Origin: an uncultured virus (IMG/VR IMGVR_UViG_3300021399_004696)
Lineage: Duplodnaviria > Heunggongvirae > Uroviricota > Caudoviricetes
DNA length: 64,000 bases
Strand: one strand, 5' to 3'
IMG/VR virus record: IMGVR_UViG_3300021399_004696
Shown: piece after piece, positions 18,897 to 29,086 of the stretch
How positions within the stretch are numbered: position 1 is the first letter of the stretch
How the letters are laid out: every line of letters begins with the position of its first letter
Translations under genes and position numbers: made by a program
Notes under the pieces: generated by a model
Database searches by the model: none
Seen by the model: only the letters and a program-made list of their open reading frames with translations
Told to the model about the DNA's origin: nothing

Positions 18897-19526
18897 ATGG
18901 AAGGATATAAGAATTACGGCGATAAGAATTTTCTTGAATACGGTATCCTGGTTTCGGAAGAGTCCGCGACTGAATTTCGTATCGTTATGTGCAGACCGTA
19001 CAGTGATGTAGATCCCGAAGACGGCCAGATACATTATCAGTTCAGTGAAAACTATGTTGATATCAACGATTCGTGGATCGATAAAAAAGCGGTCGAGAGT
19101 TTTTGCGGGAGTTATGCTAAAAACGATCCCGTCCATTTTGCGATCGCCTGCATAGAATATTACGGGCCTGAAAATTTCGGTGCCGACGGTAATTCATATC
19201 AGTACGACTGGCGTAACTGCACTAAAGAGGATGTATATGCTCAGATCGGAGCTTACGTTATGGATTCTTATGACGACATCAATTTTGACGGGATTCCTTA
19301 TGATCTGTCAAAGCTTAACGGAAACGAATATATAACGGATATGCCCGAATTTGTCCGAAACCATTTTAAAGAGGCTTTGGTAACGCTCGATCTTTCAGGT
19401 GACCGTATTGACGAGCTTATGGACGGCAGACTTGACGGGCTTAGCGAGATAGGGATAAATTTCCGTGCGTATACAGACAATCTGGGTATCGACGGCAGAC
19501 GTTTTTCTAAAGATCACGAATTGTAA
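18897..19526 (+). CDS. acidic orphan, C-terminus DHEL
   Basis: AGGAGG SD. Confidence 0.75.
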   Translation: MEGYKNYGDKNFLEYGILVSEESATEFRIVMCRPYSDVDPEDGQIHYQFSENYVDINDSWIDKKAVESFCGSYAKNDPVHFAIACIEYYGPENFGADGNSYQYDWRNCTKEDVYAQIGAYVMDSYDDINFDGIPYDLSKLNGNEYITDMPEFVRNHFKEALVTLDLSGDRIDELMDGRLDGLSEIGINFRAYTDNLGIDGRRFSKDHEL

Positions 19527-19567
19527 ACGGTTATTCCTATGCTGTTGAAAAAGGAGTTATTAAGAAA

Positions 19568-20008
19568 ATGTTTGATAAGAGCGATTTTTGGATAATGTTT
19601 GACATTAAAGATAAAACGGAAGATGACCGCCTTACGTTCGGGAAGGGTACGGGTTCCTGTTTTATCCACATTACCGAAGGTGACGGGGGCCAGCTTTTAG
19701 ATGAGGATATCAAAGAAGGCTATAGCTGGTATATCAACATCGATTGCGGTTCAATAGACGAAGAGTGGTCACCCGAGAAGCTCAAGAGCATCTTGAAAAA
19801 CGATCAGATCATCGTTGAATGTCTTGAAGGTGACGGCGGAATGTTCCTGTATAAAGAGGATCAGGACCCTTCTGTCGAAGATCTCATTAACGACGCCATA
19901 GGCCAGATGGTCAGGCCGTCTCAGGAAAGCTATTTTAATGACTCCATAACGGCTATTATGGACTGGAAAGGCAACGAGTATCAGCCTGAACTCGGTGTCG
20001 GGCTTTGA
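19568..20008 (+). CDS. acidic orphan, C-terminus GVGL
   Basis: AAGGAG SD. Confidence 0.7.
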   Translation: MFDKSDFWIMFDIKDKTEDDRLTFGKGTGSCFIHITEGDGGQLLDEDIKEGYSWYINIDCGSIDEEWSPEKLKSILKNDQIIVECLEGDGGMFLYKEDQDPSVEDLINDAIGQMVRPSQESYFNDSITAIMDWKGNEYQPELGVGL

Positions 20009-20090
20009 CGTTTTTGTAACACAAAACTCAGGTTTTAATGCGCAGTACCCTCAATAATATTTATAAGAATATTATCGGGGGTATAAGCAT

Positions 20091-20519
20091 ATGACCATTT
20101 CTGAATATTTACAACTTGAAAGACGCGACATGGACATTGCGGATTCTGTTTTTGATATGACTATAACGGCTTGCTATGACGAGTCGATTTTTGCCGAGGA
20201 GATCACAGATCCGTTTACTCTTTTTAATGCCCAGTTTCTAAGCAAGGTTAATCTGGCTTCCGGCGGAGACTATCCCGTTGCGGATTTTTATCAATTTATC
20301 GAGAATAACTTCGATCTTTTTAAAGATTTTACAAAGAATCATTGGATAAGGGATTATCCCGATAAAGATGATTTTATCGAACAGTGGATCTTGGAACTTG
20401 ATCAGTATATGGCAGGCAATGTTTCGGAAAGTTTTTATCAGACTATCTGTGACGAGCTTACAAGTAAGTGTGAGCCTTGCCTCGGGCCTTCAAAAGAGAT
20501 AGGGGATGACAGGTTATGA
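20091..20519 (+). CDS. acidic orphan, C-terminus DDRL
   Basis: GGGGGT SD. Confidence 0.7.
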   Translation: MTISEYLQLERRDMDIADSVFDMTITACYDESIFAEEITDPFTLFNAQFLSKVNLASGGDYPVADFYQFIENNFDLFKDFTKNHWIRDYPDKDDFIEQWILELDQYMAGNVSESFYQTICDELTSKCEPCLGPSKEIGDDRL

Positions 20520-20872
20520 AAAAAGATTATGGCGGTGCTTTTGATATAGACCCTGAGACCTATTGGAGCAGATCGGACCTTGATGAACTTCAAAGTGCGA
20601 TCGAGGACGAACTTAGCAAGATGGGTTATAACAAGCTTGGCAATAACAATGTTGTTTTAGAACGCATGTATTGCGATTCCGATAATAAGTTTGAACTGGA
20701 CTGCAGGGTCGAAGACTGGGAAGACTTTACCGTTGAGGTAAAAGTCGATCTCCGCAGAGCAAAAACACTGCAAGATCTTATACGAGTGTATGCACCTCAG
20801 TTTGTCGAGGAGATCATAACAAAGCAAGAGGAAGTTTCAAACGCGATCGAAGAACAGGAGAGAGGTTTATAA
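20516..20872 (+). CDS. acidic orphan, C-terminus ERGL
   Basis: ATGA overlap with the upstream gene. Confidence 0.7.
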   Translation: MKKDYGGAFDIDPETYWSRSDLDELQSAIEDELSKMGYNKLGNNNVVLERMYCDSDNKFELDCRVEDWEDFTVEVKVDLRRAKTLQDLIRVYAPQFVEEIITKQEEVSNAIEEQERGL

Positions 20873-20873
20873 G

Positions 20874-21686
20874 ATGGGCTACACTAAAGATTGGGAATTT
20901 GATATGTATGACATGGACGGCGTCAAGATGGCCATGCAAAAGTATGCCGAAAAGCCTTCCCGCAGTAATTTTGTTGAGATGATGGAAGAGGTCAGGATCA
21001 ACGTTCTCGAAGAAGACTCTCCTGATTATATCGGCTTTTGGCTGAACCCCGAAAATTCTGACTTTTTATGTGTCTGCGGAGTATCCAGCGATCAGGTCAG
21101 GGGCTTTTTAGAGGAGATGTATGAGAAAAGCTACAATGCACCTTATAACGGCGAAGGCACGACTTTTATTTTTCAGGTCGACGTTCATCGCGGGTTTATC
21201 CGGAACGATCTGGAATCCAGAACAGTATTTTTTGATCCCGACCGCGAAAGTAAGATCAAAGACGGAGCTTCGGCGAACATGATGATGAATAACGTCTCTT
21301 TCCCGGGCGGTACCGCAAAAGCGCGTATTTTAAGCAACATTGAAGACGTTCTGAACGACCCCACAAAAGCAAATATGAAAAAGTTTTTGAGGGATGTTTC
21401 ACAGTTGGTGGAGACGCCGAATGAGACCCGTTTTCACATTATAGATAATTCTCAAATATATATCGCCTTTGATATGGAAGAATTGAAGGCTCTTGGCAAG
21501 CTTTGGGAAGTTGAACAGAACTATCTGGACTATCATCACTGCGATGCCGATATAGATAAACACGCGGTCGCTGAAGAAAGCTTCAGAAAATTTGTTTCTT
21601 TGGGATCGGGTATGGCTTATATCGACAAGGTTGCAAAAGAGGTTATCGTATCGGGGCCCGAAATAGGCGAAGACAGAGGATTATAA
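20874..21686 (+). CDS. acidic orphan, C-terminus DRGL
   Basis: 270-aa ORF. Confidence 0.75.
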   Translation: MGYTKDWEFDMYDMDGVKMAMQKYAEKPSRSNFVEMMEEVRINVLEEDSPDYIGFWLNPENSDFLCVCGVSSDQVRGFLEEMYEKSYNAPYNGEGTTFIFQVDVHRGFIRNDLESRTVFFDPDRESKIKDGASANMMMNNVSFPGGTAKARILSNIEDVLNDPTKANMKKFLRDVSQLVETPNETRFHIIDNSQIYIAFDMEELKALGKLWEVEQNYLDYHHCDADIDKHAVAEESFRKFVSLGSGMAYIDKVAKEVIVSGPEIGEDRGL

Positions 21687-21701
21687 AGAAGGAGAAAGAT
21701 C

Positions 21702-22184
21702 ATGGGAAACTTTTACGGTATTGAAGGGGTAAAGTTCATAGGTCACGGCGAGTGGTCCGACCCTGAGGTCGAGTATGCCGGCGCCCGCTTTAATTACTAT
21801 GACCTGGAAGGCCCTCTTTTCGAAGAATACAGCGAAAAGTGCAAGGAAGAAGGGAAGGACCCCGATGCGGATTTTGCTTCAGGGTTTTCCGATTATCTGG
21901 CCGAGAACACCGACAAGGTATATGAGCAACTCGACTATTTGAAAGAAAACGCTATGGAAGGCGACCCGCTTGTGCTCAAAGAACCTTATTTCCAGCATGT
22001 TTATGAGAATGAGGATCTGGACCGGGAACTTGTTAAATGTTTTTCTCCCTATGCGGTTTCCCAACTTGTTGTTGAAGAAAGTCTGATTGAATACAGCATG
22101 TTTAGAAAAGCTACGGCAGCAGAGATAGAACAATACGGCGTGATCAAAGACATTACCGAGTTAAGAAAAGAGCCCGAGCTTTAA
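21702..22184 (+). CDS. acidic orphan, C-terminus EPEL
   Basis: AAGGAG SD. Confidence 0.75.
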   Translation: MGNFYGIEGVKFIGHGEWSDPEVEYAGARFNYYDLEGPLFEEYSEKCKEEGKDPDADFASGFSDYLAENTDKVYEQLDYLKENAMEGDPLVLKEPYFQHVYENEDLDRELVKCFSPYAVSQLVVEESLIEYSMFRKATAAEIEQYGVIKDITELRKEPEL

Positions 22185-22199
22185 CAGGAGGTGGGATGT

Positions 22200-22811
22200 A
22201 TGGCTAATATTTGTGATTTTGAAATGTTTATCAGAGGAGACGCTAAAAGTATTGATGAGTTTTTAGACGTTCTTTCTTATCAGGCTCCCAAAGAGAAGTT
22301 TTGCAGGATGTGGGACTTTGATTGTCATACATACGGCAAGGTTGTTGATTCAGATGAAGATTATGCCTTCATTTCAGGTAACTGTGCTCATTCTGTATAT
22401 TGTTGCATGGTTGATAACGGCGATGATTGTGTCACCTTGCAAGAGTTGAGTAAGCGTCTCAACTTGTTTATTACCGTAGAATCTTATGAAGGCGGGATCG
22501 GGTTCTCTGAATATTATGTATATGATCACGGGAACGAGCTTATCAACAATTGTGTTGATTATGTAGAAGTCGAACCTAACGAACTCAGAGAGTTTTCAGA
22601 GGATGAAGATTTCAGCGGTAAAGATCCCGGAGACATCATAAAAGAAGTAAAAAGGCAGTTCTTTAAAAACCATCCCGACATTACTGAGGATGATCTGGAC
22701 GTTATCAGCGATGATTATGATGACCTGCGTTTCAGGATCAAGGATGAAGCATTCGAAAAATACAGACCCGATCCTTCAACTCTTGAGCCGAGCGTAGATC
22801 ACGAGCTGTGA
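22200..22811 (+). CDS. acidic orphan, C-terminus DHEL
   Basis: AGGAGGT SD; MANIC N-terminus. Confidence 0.75.
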   Translation: MANICDFEMFIRGDAKSIDEFLDVLSYQAPKEKFCRMWDFDCHTYGKVVDSDEDYAFISGNCAHSVYCCMVDNGDDCVTLQELSKRLNLFITVESYEGGIGFSEYYVYDHGNELINNCVDYVEVEPNELREFSEDEDFSGKDPGDIIKEVKRQFFKNHPDITEDDLDVISDDYDDLRFRIKDEAFEKYRPDPSTLEPSVDHEL

Positions 22812-22815
22812 TTTT

Positions 22816-22846
22816 CCGGGTGTATTAAACGGGTTTTCGATAAACT
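22816..22846 (+). promoter_or_regulatory. CCGGG-N20 promoter
   Basis: CCGGG 22816, TAAACT 22841. Confidence 0.7.
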
Positions 22847-22872
22847 AAGGAGTGTAGGGAGGGCGTTAACTA

Positions 22873-23358
22873 ATGAGCAGAGATTGGACACCGTATGAAT
22901 TGCATCGGGCCGACTTAGAATTCGGTTTTTCTAAAGATACGCTTGAAATGTATATTCCTCAGGAAGACGGTTCCAAAACTTTTGTCGGTTTTTTCTACAA
23001 TCCTGAAGACCCTATTACAAAACAGTATCCCAACTTGGCTTTTCTTTGGGGGCAGAACGAGCTTACCAGATTTATAAGCGGATTGGCAGATAATGCAGGA
23101 GAAGCTTGTGAAGCCGTGTTGTCTGATATAGAACAAATACTTGCGGAAGTAGTTGCTCATTACGATAAACCCAAAACAGAACGAAAGAACGGGCTGTCTT
23201 CTTCGAGTGATTGGACTACCATAGTAAACGATTGGTATTTGGGCAGGTTAGATCCGAATTTTTATTACAATACCGAAAATAATGAACGTTTCGAGTTGTA
23301 TATACTCGACCAGATCCATCAGTTGGATTGTATTACTAAAAGCGGGCGCGATCTGTAA
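22873..23358 (+). CDS. orphan, C-terminus GRDL
   Basis: GGGAGG SD. Confidence 0.75.
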   Translation: MSRDWTPYELHRADLEFGFSKDTLEMYIPQEDGSKTFVGFFYNPEDPITKQYPNLAFLWGQNELTRFISGLADNAGEACEAVLSDIEQILAEVVAHYDKPKTERKNGLSSSSDWTTIVNDWYLGRLDPNFYYNTENNERFELYILDQIHQLDCITKSGRDL

Positions 23359-23372
23359 AGGAGAACAGAGGT

Positions 23373-24032
23373 ATGAAAAACGTTAGAATCTATCAGATAG
23401 ACCTGGACAAACACCCTGAAGCTCCGGCATTTCTTCCTTTTAATGAAAAGAGACTGCCCGACCCCGTAAACTATCATAAAGTTTTTGATTCGGAGCTGGA
23501 ATTTAATAATATCGAAGACCTTTATCGGCAGTTTAATTTCGAAAAACACCCGCTTTATAACGGCTGGTCTATGTCTATGTCCGATATAGTTGTTTTTGAT
23601 AATAAGGCGTTTTATTGCGACCAGATAGGCTTTAAGCAGGTAGATTTTGATGAAAATAAAGTCGATAACTCCAACCAGATCAGGATACTCTTTGTAGAGC
23701 CCCGAAAGGAGCCGTACGAAGCTTGGATTCCCAACACGCTTAAAGCTAAACAGATCGCGGTTGACGGGTATATCGAGTTTGTTTACAACTCTGACGAAAC
23801 GGCCTTAGTCGGAGACGAAGAGGCCAAGATTAAAGGTAAAGAAGGTAACCGCTATCTAAACGGTGGCGGAGTCATGGCCGGAAATTTCTTTGTAATCGGC
23901 TTGAGTGAAGAGGATTGCAGATCTTTAACAGACGCGGAAATTGAAAAGTATAAGAAGATCTACAGTGATCCTCCGACGATAACAAAAGAAGAAGTAGAGA
24001 ACGATACAAAATTCGGATTCATCGGATTTTGA
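23373..24032 (+). CDS. YodL-like plus DUF3846-like domain protein
   Basis: IYQI...FN..HP..SMSMSDIV...FYCD.IGF (YodL-like); VEP.KEPY...DGYIE...EE.K...NR...AG.FFV (DUF3846-like). Confidence 0.75.
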   Translation: MKNVRIYQIDLDKHPEAPAFLPFNEKRLPDPVNYHKVFDSELEFNNIEDLYRQFNFEKHPLYNGWSMSMSDIVVFDNKAFYCDQIGFKQVDFDENKVDNSNQIRILFVEPRKEPYEAWIPNTLKAKQIAVDGYIEFVYNSDETALVGDEEAKIKGKEGNRYLNGGGVMAGNFFVIGLSEEDCRSLTDAEIEKYKKIYSDPPTITKEEVENDTKFGFIGF

Positions 24033-24047
24033 CCTGGGGGGAATAAT

Positions 24048-24395
24048 ATGGACAGCGATAATTTGAAAAAGTATGCGGATTCGATCGATATAATCGCAAG
24101 AAGTCTTCTTGATATAGCGGATCGTACCCTGGATAAAGATCCCGGAGACCAGTTAGGGCTTACGACAAAAGGGCTCGTAGATCAGTTGCTGGATCTTCGC
24201 GATAACATGCAGGCAGATATGCAAGCTTATGTCCCATATAATGACCTGGTTTCTTTTATCCAGAACTATATAACTAAGGACATGGAAGCAGCTGAACCTG
24301 ACTATGTAAGAGAACAGTGTGCCGAGTGCGGCATGACACCGGATATTTTGGAAAAACTTGGTATGGGTTGGATAAACCCGGAACCTGATTTATAA
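24048..24395 (+). CDS. acidic orphan, C-terminus EPDL
   Basis: G-rich SD. Confidence 0.7.
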   Translation: MDSDNLKKYADSIDIIARSLLDIADRTLDKDPGDQLGLTTKGLVDQLLDLRDNMQADMQAYVPYNDLVSFIQNYITKDMEAAEPDYVREQCAECGMTPDILEKLGMGWINPEPDL

Positions 24396-24408
24396 GGAGG
24401 AAGTGTTC

Positions 24409-24825
24409 ATGAATTTCGAACAGTTGGCAAAGAAGTACAACGGTAAGGGCATTGAAGATTGCGGTGCTTATACCGGAGACGAGTTCGCACAGTTTTCTAA
24501 GGATTTCAGATCGGCTTTGAAGGAGTTTGCACATTCTTTCGACGGCCAGTGCGTTAATTACTCCAAGGGTCACTATGACGTAAGCGGGTTTATCGAGCAT
24601 CCCGCCGGATATGTATATGTTTCTTATAGTGTTCCCCGTGGCGAATATCCGATCAACGCTTCCAGAAGAGACCCTATGGAAGGTGTTTTATATCGTAAGG
24701 CAGAAAGCATGACCGATTATCACGGCGGGCCTAATCAGTTTACTTCTCTGAAGGAGTTTACTGAAGACGTAGGTAATTTTATCGATCGCGAGATCAGCAG
24801 ACAGATAGGCAACAGAGGACTTTAA
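24409..24825 (+). CDS. orphan, C-terminus NRGL
   Basis: AAGGAGG SD. Confidence 0.75.
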   Translation: MNFEQLAKKYNGKGIEDCGAYTGDEFAQFSKDFRSALKEFAHSFDGQCVNYSKGHYDVSGFIEHPAGYVYVSYSVPRGEYPINASRRDPMEGVLYRKAESMTDYHGGPNQFTSLKEFTEDVGNFIDREISRQIGNRGL

Positions 24826-24843
24826 GAAGAAAGGATTTTGTAC

Positions 24844-25056
24844 ATGTTAAAGGAGCTTAAAGTAAAAAACTATTCGATTCAGTACGACGACAGCAAGGTG
24901 GATCTGCATCACGAAGCGGTCAAGCGCGAGATCAGGGCTTTTGAAGAGTTGGTCGAAACCCGCCCCGATTTTGTAGAAAACAATATGAACGCAGCAGACG
25001 GATTAACTTTGTGGGTCGCCGAACAGAAAGGGAAACTGGTGGCGTGCATTGATTGA
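24844..25056 (+). CDS. hypothetical protein
   Basis: AAAGGA SD; overlaps the next ORF. Confidence 0.55.
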   Translation: MLKELKVKNYSIQYDDSKVDLHHEAVKREIRAFEELVETRPDFVENNMNAADGLTLWVAEQKGKLVACID

Positions 25057-25606
25057 CTCGTTTCGAAGATCCGATACAGCGGAGCATTTTAACCCTTCAG
25101 GTTTAGCCTACGGCAGGTTAGACCCGGGGGTTATCTTGTTTGGAAAGATGCATTTTCCTGACGGTACCGTGTCAGACAAGGTCAGGTATTACATCGTCGA
25201 GGAAGTTACCCGCAAACACGAGATCTGGGTATATGACATTACCAGCGTGCGCATGTATGAAGAGCACGGGCGCATGATGATAGATCAGGCGCATCTGGAT
25301 AAAAAGATGCAGTATCCCGGCAGCTTCTATCTGCCTAAACAGTACAGCGGGCCTTTTTCCAGACCTTCCGTTATTAAATGTGCGTCCCTTCGCAGGGTTA
25401 CACCTGAAGAGATGTACGATCTGGATATAGCCTTCTGGGGGAACGGACTGTCAAACAGAACGATCCAGATACTCAGGCAGAAAACCGTTGAAGGACTTAT
25501 AAATAATGAATGGGAAAACGTCGAAGGCTGGGAGCTTCCGCATATCATATATGAAATGAAACGCAGGGAAGAGAGAAGGATCGAAAGAGACAGCAGAGAG
25601 CTGTAA
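25049..25606 (+). CDS. possible PemK/MazF-fold protein, C-terminus SREL
   Basis: PGVILF..HFPDG..SDKVRYYIV...DITS...RPSVIK pattern; start uncertain. Confidence 0.45.
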   Translation: MIDSFRRSDTAEHFNPSGLAYGRLDPGVILFGKMHFPDGTVSDKVRYYIVEEVTRKHEIWVYDITSVRMYEEHGRMMIDQAHLDKKMQYPGSFYLPKQYSGPFSRPSVIKCASLRRVTPEEMYDLDIAFWGNGLSNRTIQILRQKTVEGLINNEWENVEGWELPHIIYEMKRREERRIERDSREL

Positions 25607-25632
25607 TTATTTAATACAAGGAGGGAAAAGAG

Positions 25633-26163
25633 ATGTTTACAGTAGAAGTGAGATCCTATATAGACGGAACGATAGCGCAACTTACTTGCCAAAACGCTAA
25701 AGATTTTCTCACTAAAATAACCGGAGAAACGAGTCTGGATAATCTGGAGTATAATTCCGACCCTGCGCTGATCTTGGACAGTCGTGACGACACTGATAAG
25801 ACTATATGTGCAGGTGACGTTGTGGAAAGCTGGAACGGCGGGCCCGAATTTAACAATGTTACATATAATGAGGCCAGATTGGAATCTTTCGGGATCTATA
25901 CGTTACAAGACCTTATCCTGCATACCGCTAATCAGATCCTTACGATCCCCGAAAAGCTGGGTAAAGATTACCGCGACATCATTCTTGTAGATGACTCCGG
26001 CGATATAGGCGGTATAAGCCACGAAAACGAAACTCTTGGTGAGTTTATGGATACGGTAGACTTGACCGCAGAAGATTCTTATGCAGACCTGAAATTGGCG
26101 ATGGTAGATTGCGGAGTCGCACTTCCTGGCACACAAATGTTTGATCCGGAATTGGATATTTGA
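25633..26163 (+). CDS. acidic orphan, C-terminus ELDI
   Basis: GAGGG SD. Confidence 0.7.
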   Translation: MFTVEVRSYIDGTIAQLTCQNAKDFLTKITGETSLDNLEYNSDPALILDSRDDTDKTICAGDVVESWNGGPEFNNVTYNEARLESFGIYTLQDLILHTANQILTIPEKLGKDYRDIILVDDSGDIGGISHENETLGEFMDTVDLTAEDSYADLKLAMVDCGVALPGTQMFDPELDI

Positions 26164-26228
26164 TCTGAGGCATGATAGAATAGGTTAGATATTTTAGTTG
26201 CTTCTACCCGTGTGGCTGAAATATTCAG

Positions 26229-26258
26229 GAGAGGTCCAAGTCGGGCCTCTCTTTTTTT
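26229..26258 (+). terminator. intrinsic terminator
   Basis: GAGAGGTCC-AAGTC-GGGCCTCTC followed by T7. Confidence 0.75.
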
Positions 26259-26261
26259 CTT

Positions 26262-26292
26262 CCGGGACTTTTCTTTTTCAATGTGTGAATAT
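26262..26292 (+). promoter_or_regulatory. CCGGG-N20 promoter
   Basis: CCGGG 26262, GAATAT 26287. Confidence 0.6.
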
Positions 26293-26317
26293 TATGGAAA
26301 AGGAGGTTCTTTTTTAT

Positions 26318-26761
26318 ATGGGCTTGAGTCAGCAACTAACCGGAACGCCCTGGCATAAAGAATACGGGCGTATGGCTGGTAACGATACGCGCAGAAACAA
26401 GAGCAAATGTGTTTGGTACAACAAAGAGACCAAGCGTTGTTCATACTTGTGTATTAAGTGTTTTGGCAGTACGCATTGCGAAAAGTATTCTACAAGAAAA
26501 AGGGTTCCCGATGAGCCTTCCGATTTCACTCCTGCTGTTAAGGAAAGATCAAACAGACCCAGGATAAAGGTTAAGTCGGCGGCGGAGTTTGTTAATGCTT
26601 TAAAGCCGTTTCAGGCAGGAGACCGAGTTAATCTTAAAAAGTACGGTATGGGCAAGATCGTTGCCGTTAATGGTGACCTTATAAAGGTAAAGTTCAAGTG
26701 GGGCGAGAAAGAGATCAGATATTTTGATCTGGTAGCAAGTCAAAGAAAGAAGAAAGGGTAA
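26318..26761 (+). CDS. basic Cys-rich hypothetical with SH3-like C-terminal segment
   Basis: AAGGAGG SD; GDRVNLKKYGMGKIV. Confidence 0.65.
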   Translation: MGLSQQLTGTPWHKEYGRMAGNDTRRNKSKCVWYNKETKRCSYLCIKCFGSTHCEKYSTRKRVPDEPSDFTPAVKERSNRPRIKVKSAAEFVNALKPFQAGDRVNLKKYGMGKIVAVNGDLIKVKFKWGEKEIRYFDLVASQRKKKG

Positions 26762-26820
26762 TACGTTACTAAAGAGGAAGATAATCGAAAATATCGAATA
26801 AGTGGAGAAGAGGAGTGCAT

Positions 26821-27510
26821 ATGAAGATCATATATCCTGAAACGTCTTATAGTGGCGCAAAGAGTCTTCTGAAAAACGAGTGGAATGTCAGATATTCGGC
26901 TTTTATCGGGTCTGACGAATATAAAACAGCAGTCCGTAAAGATGAACAGACCACACTGATCGTCAGAACTCTTGCAATAATTTCGTTTTTGGCACTCGGG
27001 TATGCTTTTTGGAGTGTAATACACGCAAATGGCGGAGAGCTTGTTGTTAAAATAATTGTAGGGAGCATAGTCGCTGTTTTTACACTTGCCTTGATCGAAA
27101 TGCTCTTAGGTGCCATTGTTGGAGACGCAAAGCGCGTCGATAAGCTGAAAATCGCGTTTGTGAAGCGCTTGGAAGAGGACGGTCTTTATCTTCGGGATGT
27201 TGTTGAACTTGCCGAGATCGACGAGAGTACTGAGATCGATGTCGATAAATGGGGGCATATAACTCACGCACTTTGGGGGCTGGAGAGCCTTAATAGCAAT
27301 TGTACTGAAATTTCGGTATCTGTTAAGAACACGCAGGAGATATTGCTTAAAGGAAGCGTCAACGGATATTCACATGACAGCTGTACGATTCATGTAGATG
27401 ATGTAGAAGATTTCAAAAAGATCACGGCACAGACAAATGCCGGAATTTATGATTTTTCATATATAGATGATTATTTTGCAGCTATGAAGAAAAGAGGAGG
27501 AAAGGTATGA
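26821..27510 (+). CDS. membrane protein (two TM segments)
   Basis: GAGGAG SD; two hydrophobic helices. Confidence 0.7.
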   Translation: MKIIYPETSYSGAKSLLKNEWNVRYSAFIGSDEYKTAVRKDEQTTLIVRTLAIISFLALGYAFWSVIHANGGELVVKIIVGSIVAVFTLALIEMLLGAIVGDAKRVDKLKIAFVKRLEEDGLYLRDVVELAEIDESTEIDVDKWGHITHALWGLESLNSNCTEISVSVKNTQEILLKGSVNGYSHDSCTIHVDDVEDFKKITAQTNAGIYDFSYIDDYFAAMKKRGGKV

Positions 27511-28292
27511 GCAGAATTTTTATAACCGGTGATACGCACGGCGATTATGACACTTGGTCTGTTGAGGCTCGTTTTGACCCCGAGATCGGCGAGACTCTTA
27601 CTAAAGACGATTACTTGATCATAGTCGGGGATGTTGGTTGTTGCTGGGTAGGCAAGCACGAAAAGGGAACCCGGATCTACTATCAGCTTGAAGCAGCTGG
27701 CCTTTTGGATCACGATGATGAAATACAGAAGTATTGGGAAGATAAGCCCTATACCGTTTTGTTTATCGACGGGAATCACGAGAATCATGCGCAGCTTGAC
27801 AGCTATCCTGTTGAAGAATGGCATGGCGGTAAGGTGCATTTTATAAAGCCTCATCTGATCCATTTGATGCGTGGTCAGGTATATGACATAGCAGGGAAGA
27901 CCTTTTTTACTATGGGCGGGGCACAGAGCACCGATAAAGCATATCGCGTTGAAGATCTTTCTTGGTGGGCACGCGAGATGCCGTCTAAAGAGGAGTTGGA
28001 CGAAGGCATTGAGAACCTGAAGAAACATAACATGAAAGTCGATGTTGTACTGACTCATTGTGCGCCTGAAAAGACCGTTAATAAGTTTATGCAGCGTATG
28101 TATTACAGGAGCGATAATCAGCTCACAGACTATCTTGAGGAGCTTATCCACGGTTATGATCTGAAGTTTAGGGACTGGTTCTTCGGGCACTATCATTCTG
28201 ATGAGGATACAGGCTATTTTAATCCATACTGGTCTCCTGAGGCAGAAGTGCAGTTTCATTTAATGTATCACAAATTTAAGGAGGTAGAGTAA
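27507..28292 (+). CDS. calcineurin-like metallophosphoesterase
   Basis: GDTHG, GDVG, DGNHEN, THC, FGHYH. Confidence 0.9.
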   Translation: MSRIFITGDTHGDYDTWSVEARFDPEIGETLTKDDYLIIVGDVGCCWVGKHEKGTRIYYQLEAAGLLDHDDEIQKYWEDKPYTVLFIDGNHENHAQLDSYPVEEWHGGKVHFIKPHLIHLMRGQVYDIAGKTFFTMGGAQSTDKAYRVEDLSWWAREMPSKEELDEGIENLKKHNMKVDVVLTHCAPEKTVNKFMQRMYYRSDNQLTDYLEELIHGYDLKFRDWFFGHYHSDEDTGYFNPYWSPEAEVQFHLMYHKFKEVE

Positions 28293-28598
28293 ATGGTTCG
28301 CGGAATAGATGTAATACTCGAAGAAACAAGGCAAAAGAGTGCCAAGCGCAGAAAGATCACAGACATTCTTTTAGGTGTCATAACGGGTCTTTTAGCCGTA
28401 GCGTTTGTTTTAATGCTGGTCATGATGCATGCGGAGGCAAAAGAACGTGCAAGGCAACGCGCGGAACTGGACGAACAGCGTGCCGGATATACAATGTTTC
28501 TTGATGGCCGGGAAGTAGATAACTCGACAATAGATTTCCACCTGTATAATTACACGGTTGACGACAAAAACCAAGTGATCTTTATGTCTTCAAATTGA
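28293..28598 (+). CDS. membrane hypothetical
   Basis: AAGGAGGT SD; one TM segment. Confidence 0.65.
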   Translation: MVRGIDVILEETRQKSAKRRKITDILLGVITGLLAVAFVLMLVMMHAEAKERARQRAELDEQRAGYTMFLDGREVDNSTIDFHLYNYTVDDKNQVIFMSSN

Positions 28599-28618
28599 CC
28601 AGAAGGGAGTGATCAGCA

Positions 28619-28975
28619 GTGTTTTGGTTAGGTCATGGTTGGGCTTTAGCAGCAGTCGGATGTCTTCTTGCGATCGTGATCGTTTGGGGTTTGGTATTTA
28701 ACCGTGCTTGTAACAAGGCGGACGGCATTAAAAACTGCAATATAATCTTGTTAACCGGTATAGTTATCGTTATTGCTTTTGTGGTCGGAGCAGACTTACT
28801 TCGAGACTGGCAGGTAAAAAAGGAAATCTCGACGGATGCTTGGGTCTGGTATCTGGAAAAAGACGAAATTACAGATAAAGAGTCTTATGATCTCGATAGC
28901 TATGAGATTGAGGTAAACATTACAAGAAATACAGTCACGCTACACGAAAAAGGCGACAGGATCGTAACGATCTAA
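28619..28975 (+). CDS. membrane hypothetical
   Basis: GGGAGT SD, GTG start; two TM segments. Confidence 0.65.
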   Translation: MFWLGHGWALAAVGCLLAIVIVWGLVFNRACNKADGIKNCNIILLTGIVIVIAFVVGADLLRDWQVKKEISTDAWVWYLEKDEITDKESYDLDSYEIEVNITRNTVTLHEKGDRIVTI

Positions 28976-29004
28976 GCCCGATATTTTCAGCATTTTGGCT
29001 CTGA

Positions 29005-29049
29005 GTAACACCCGTTCTCCGGGTGTTTTTCAGTGTCCCCTTGTATCAT
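29005..29049 (+). promoter_or_regulatory. GTAACAC box plus CCGGG-N20 promoter of nrdD
   Basis: GTAACAC 29005, CCGGG 29019, TATCAT 29044. Confidence 0.75.
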
Positions 29050-29086
29050 ATAACTAAAGATAAAAGTAATTTTGCGGAGGTGTCCT

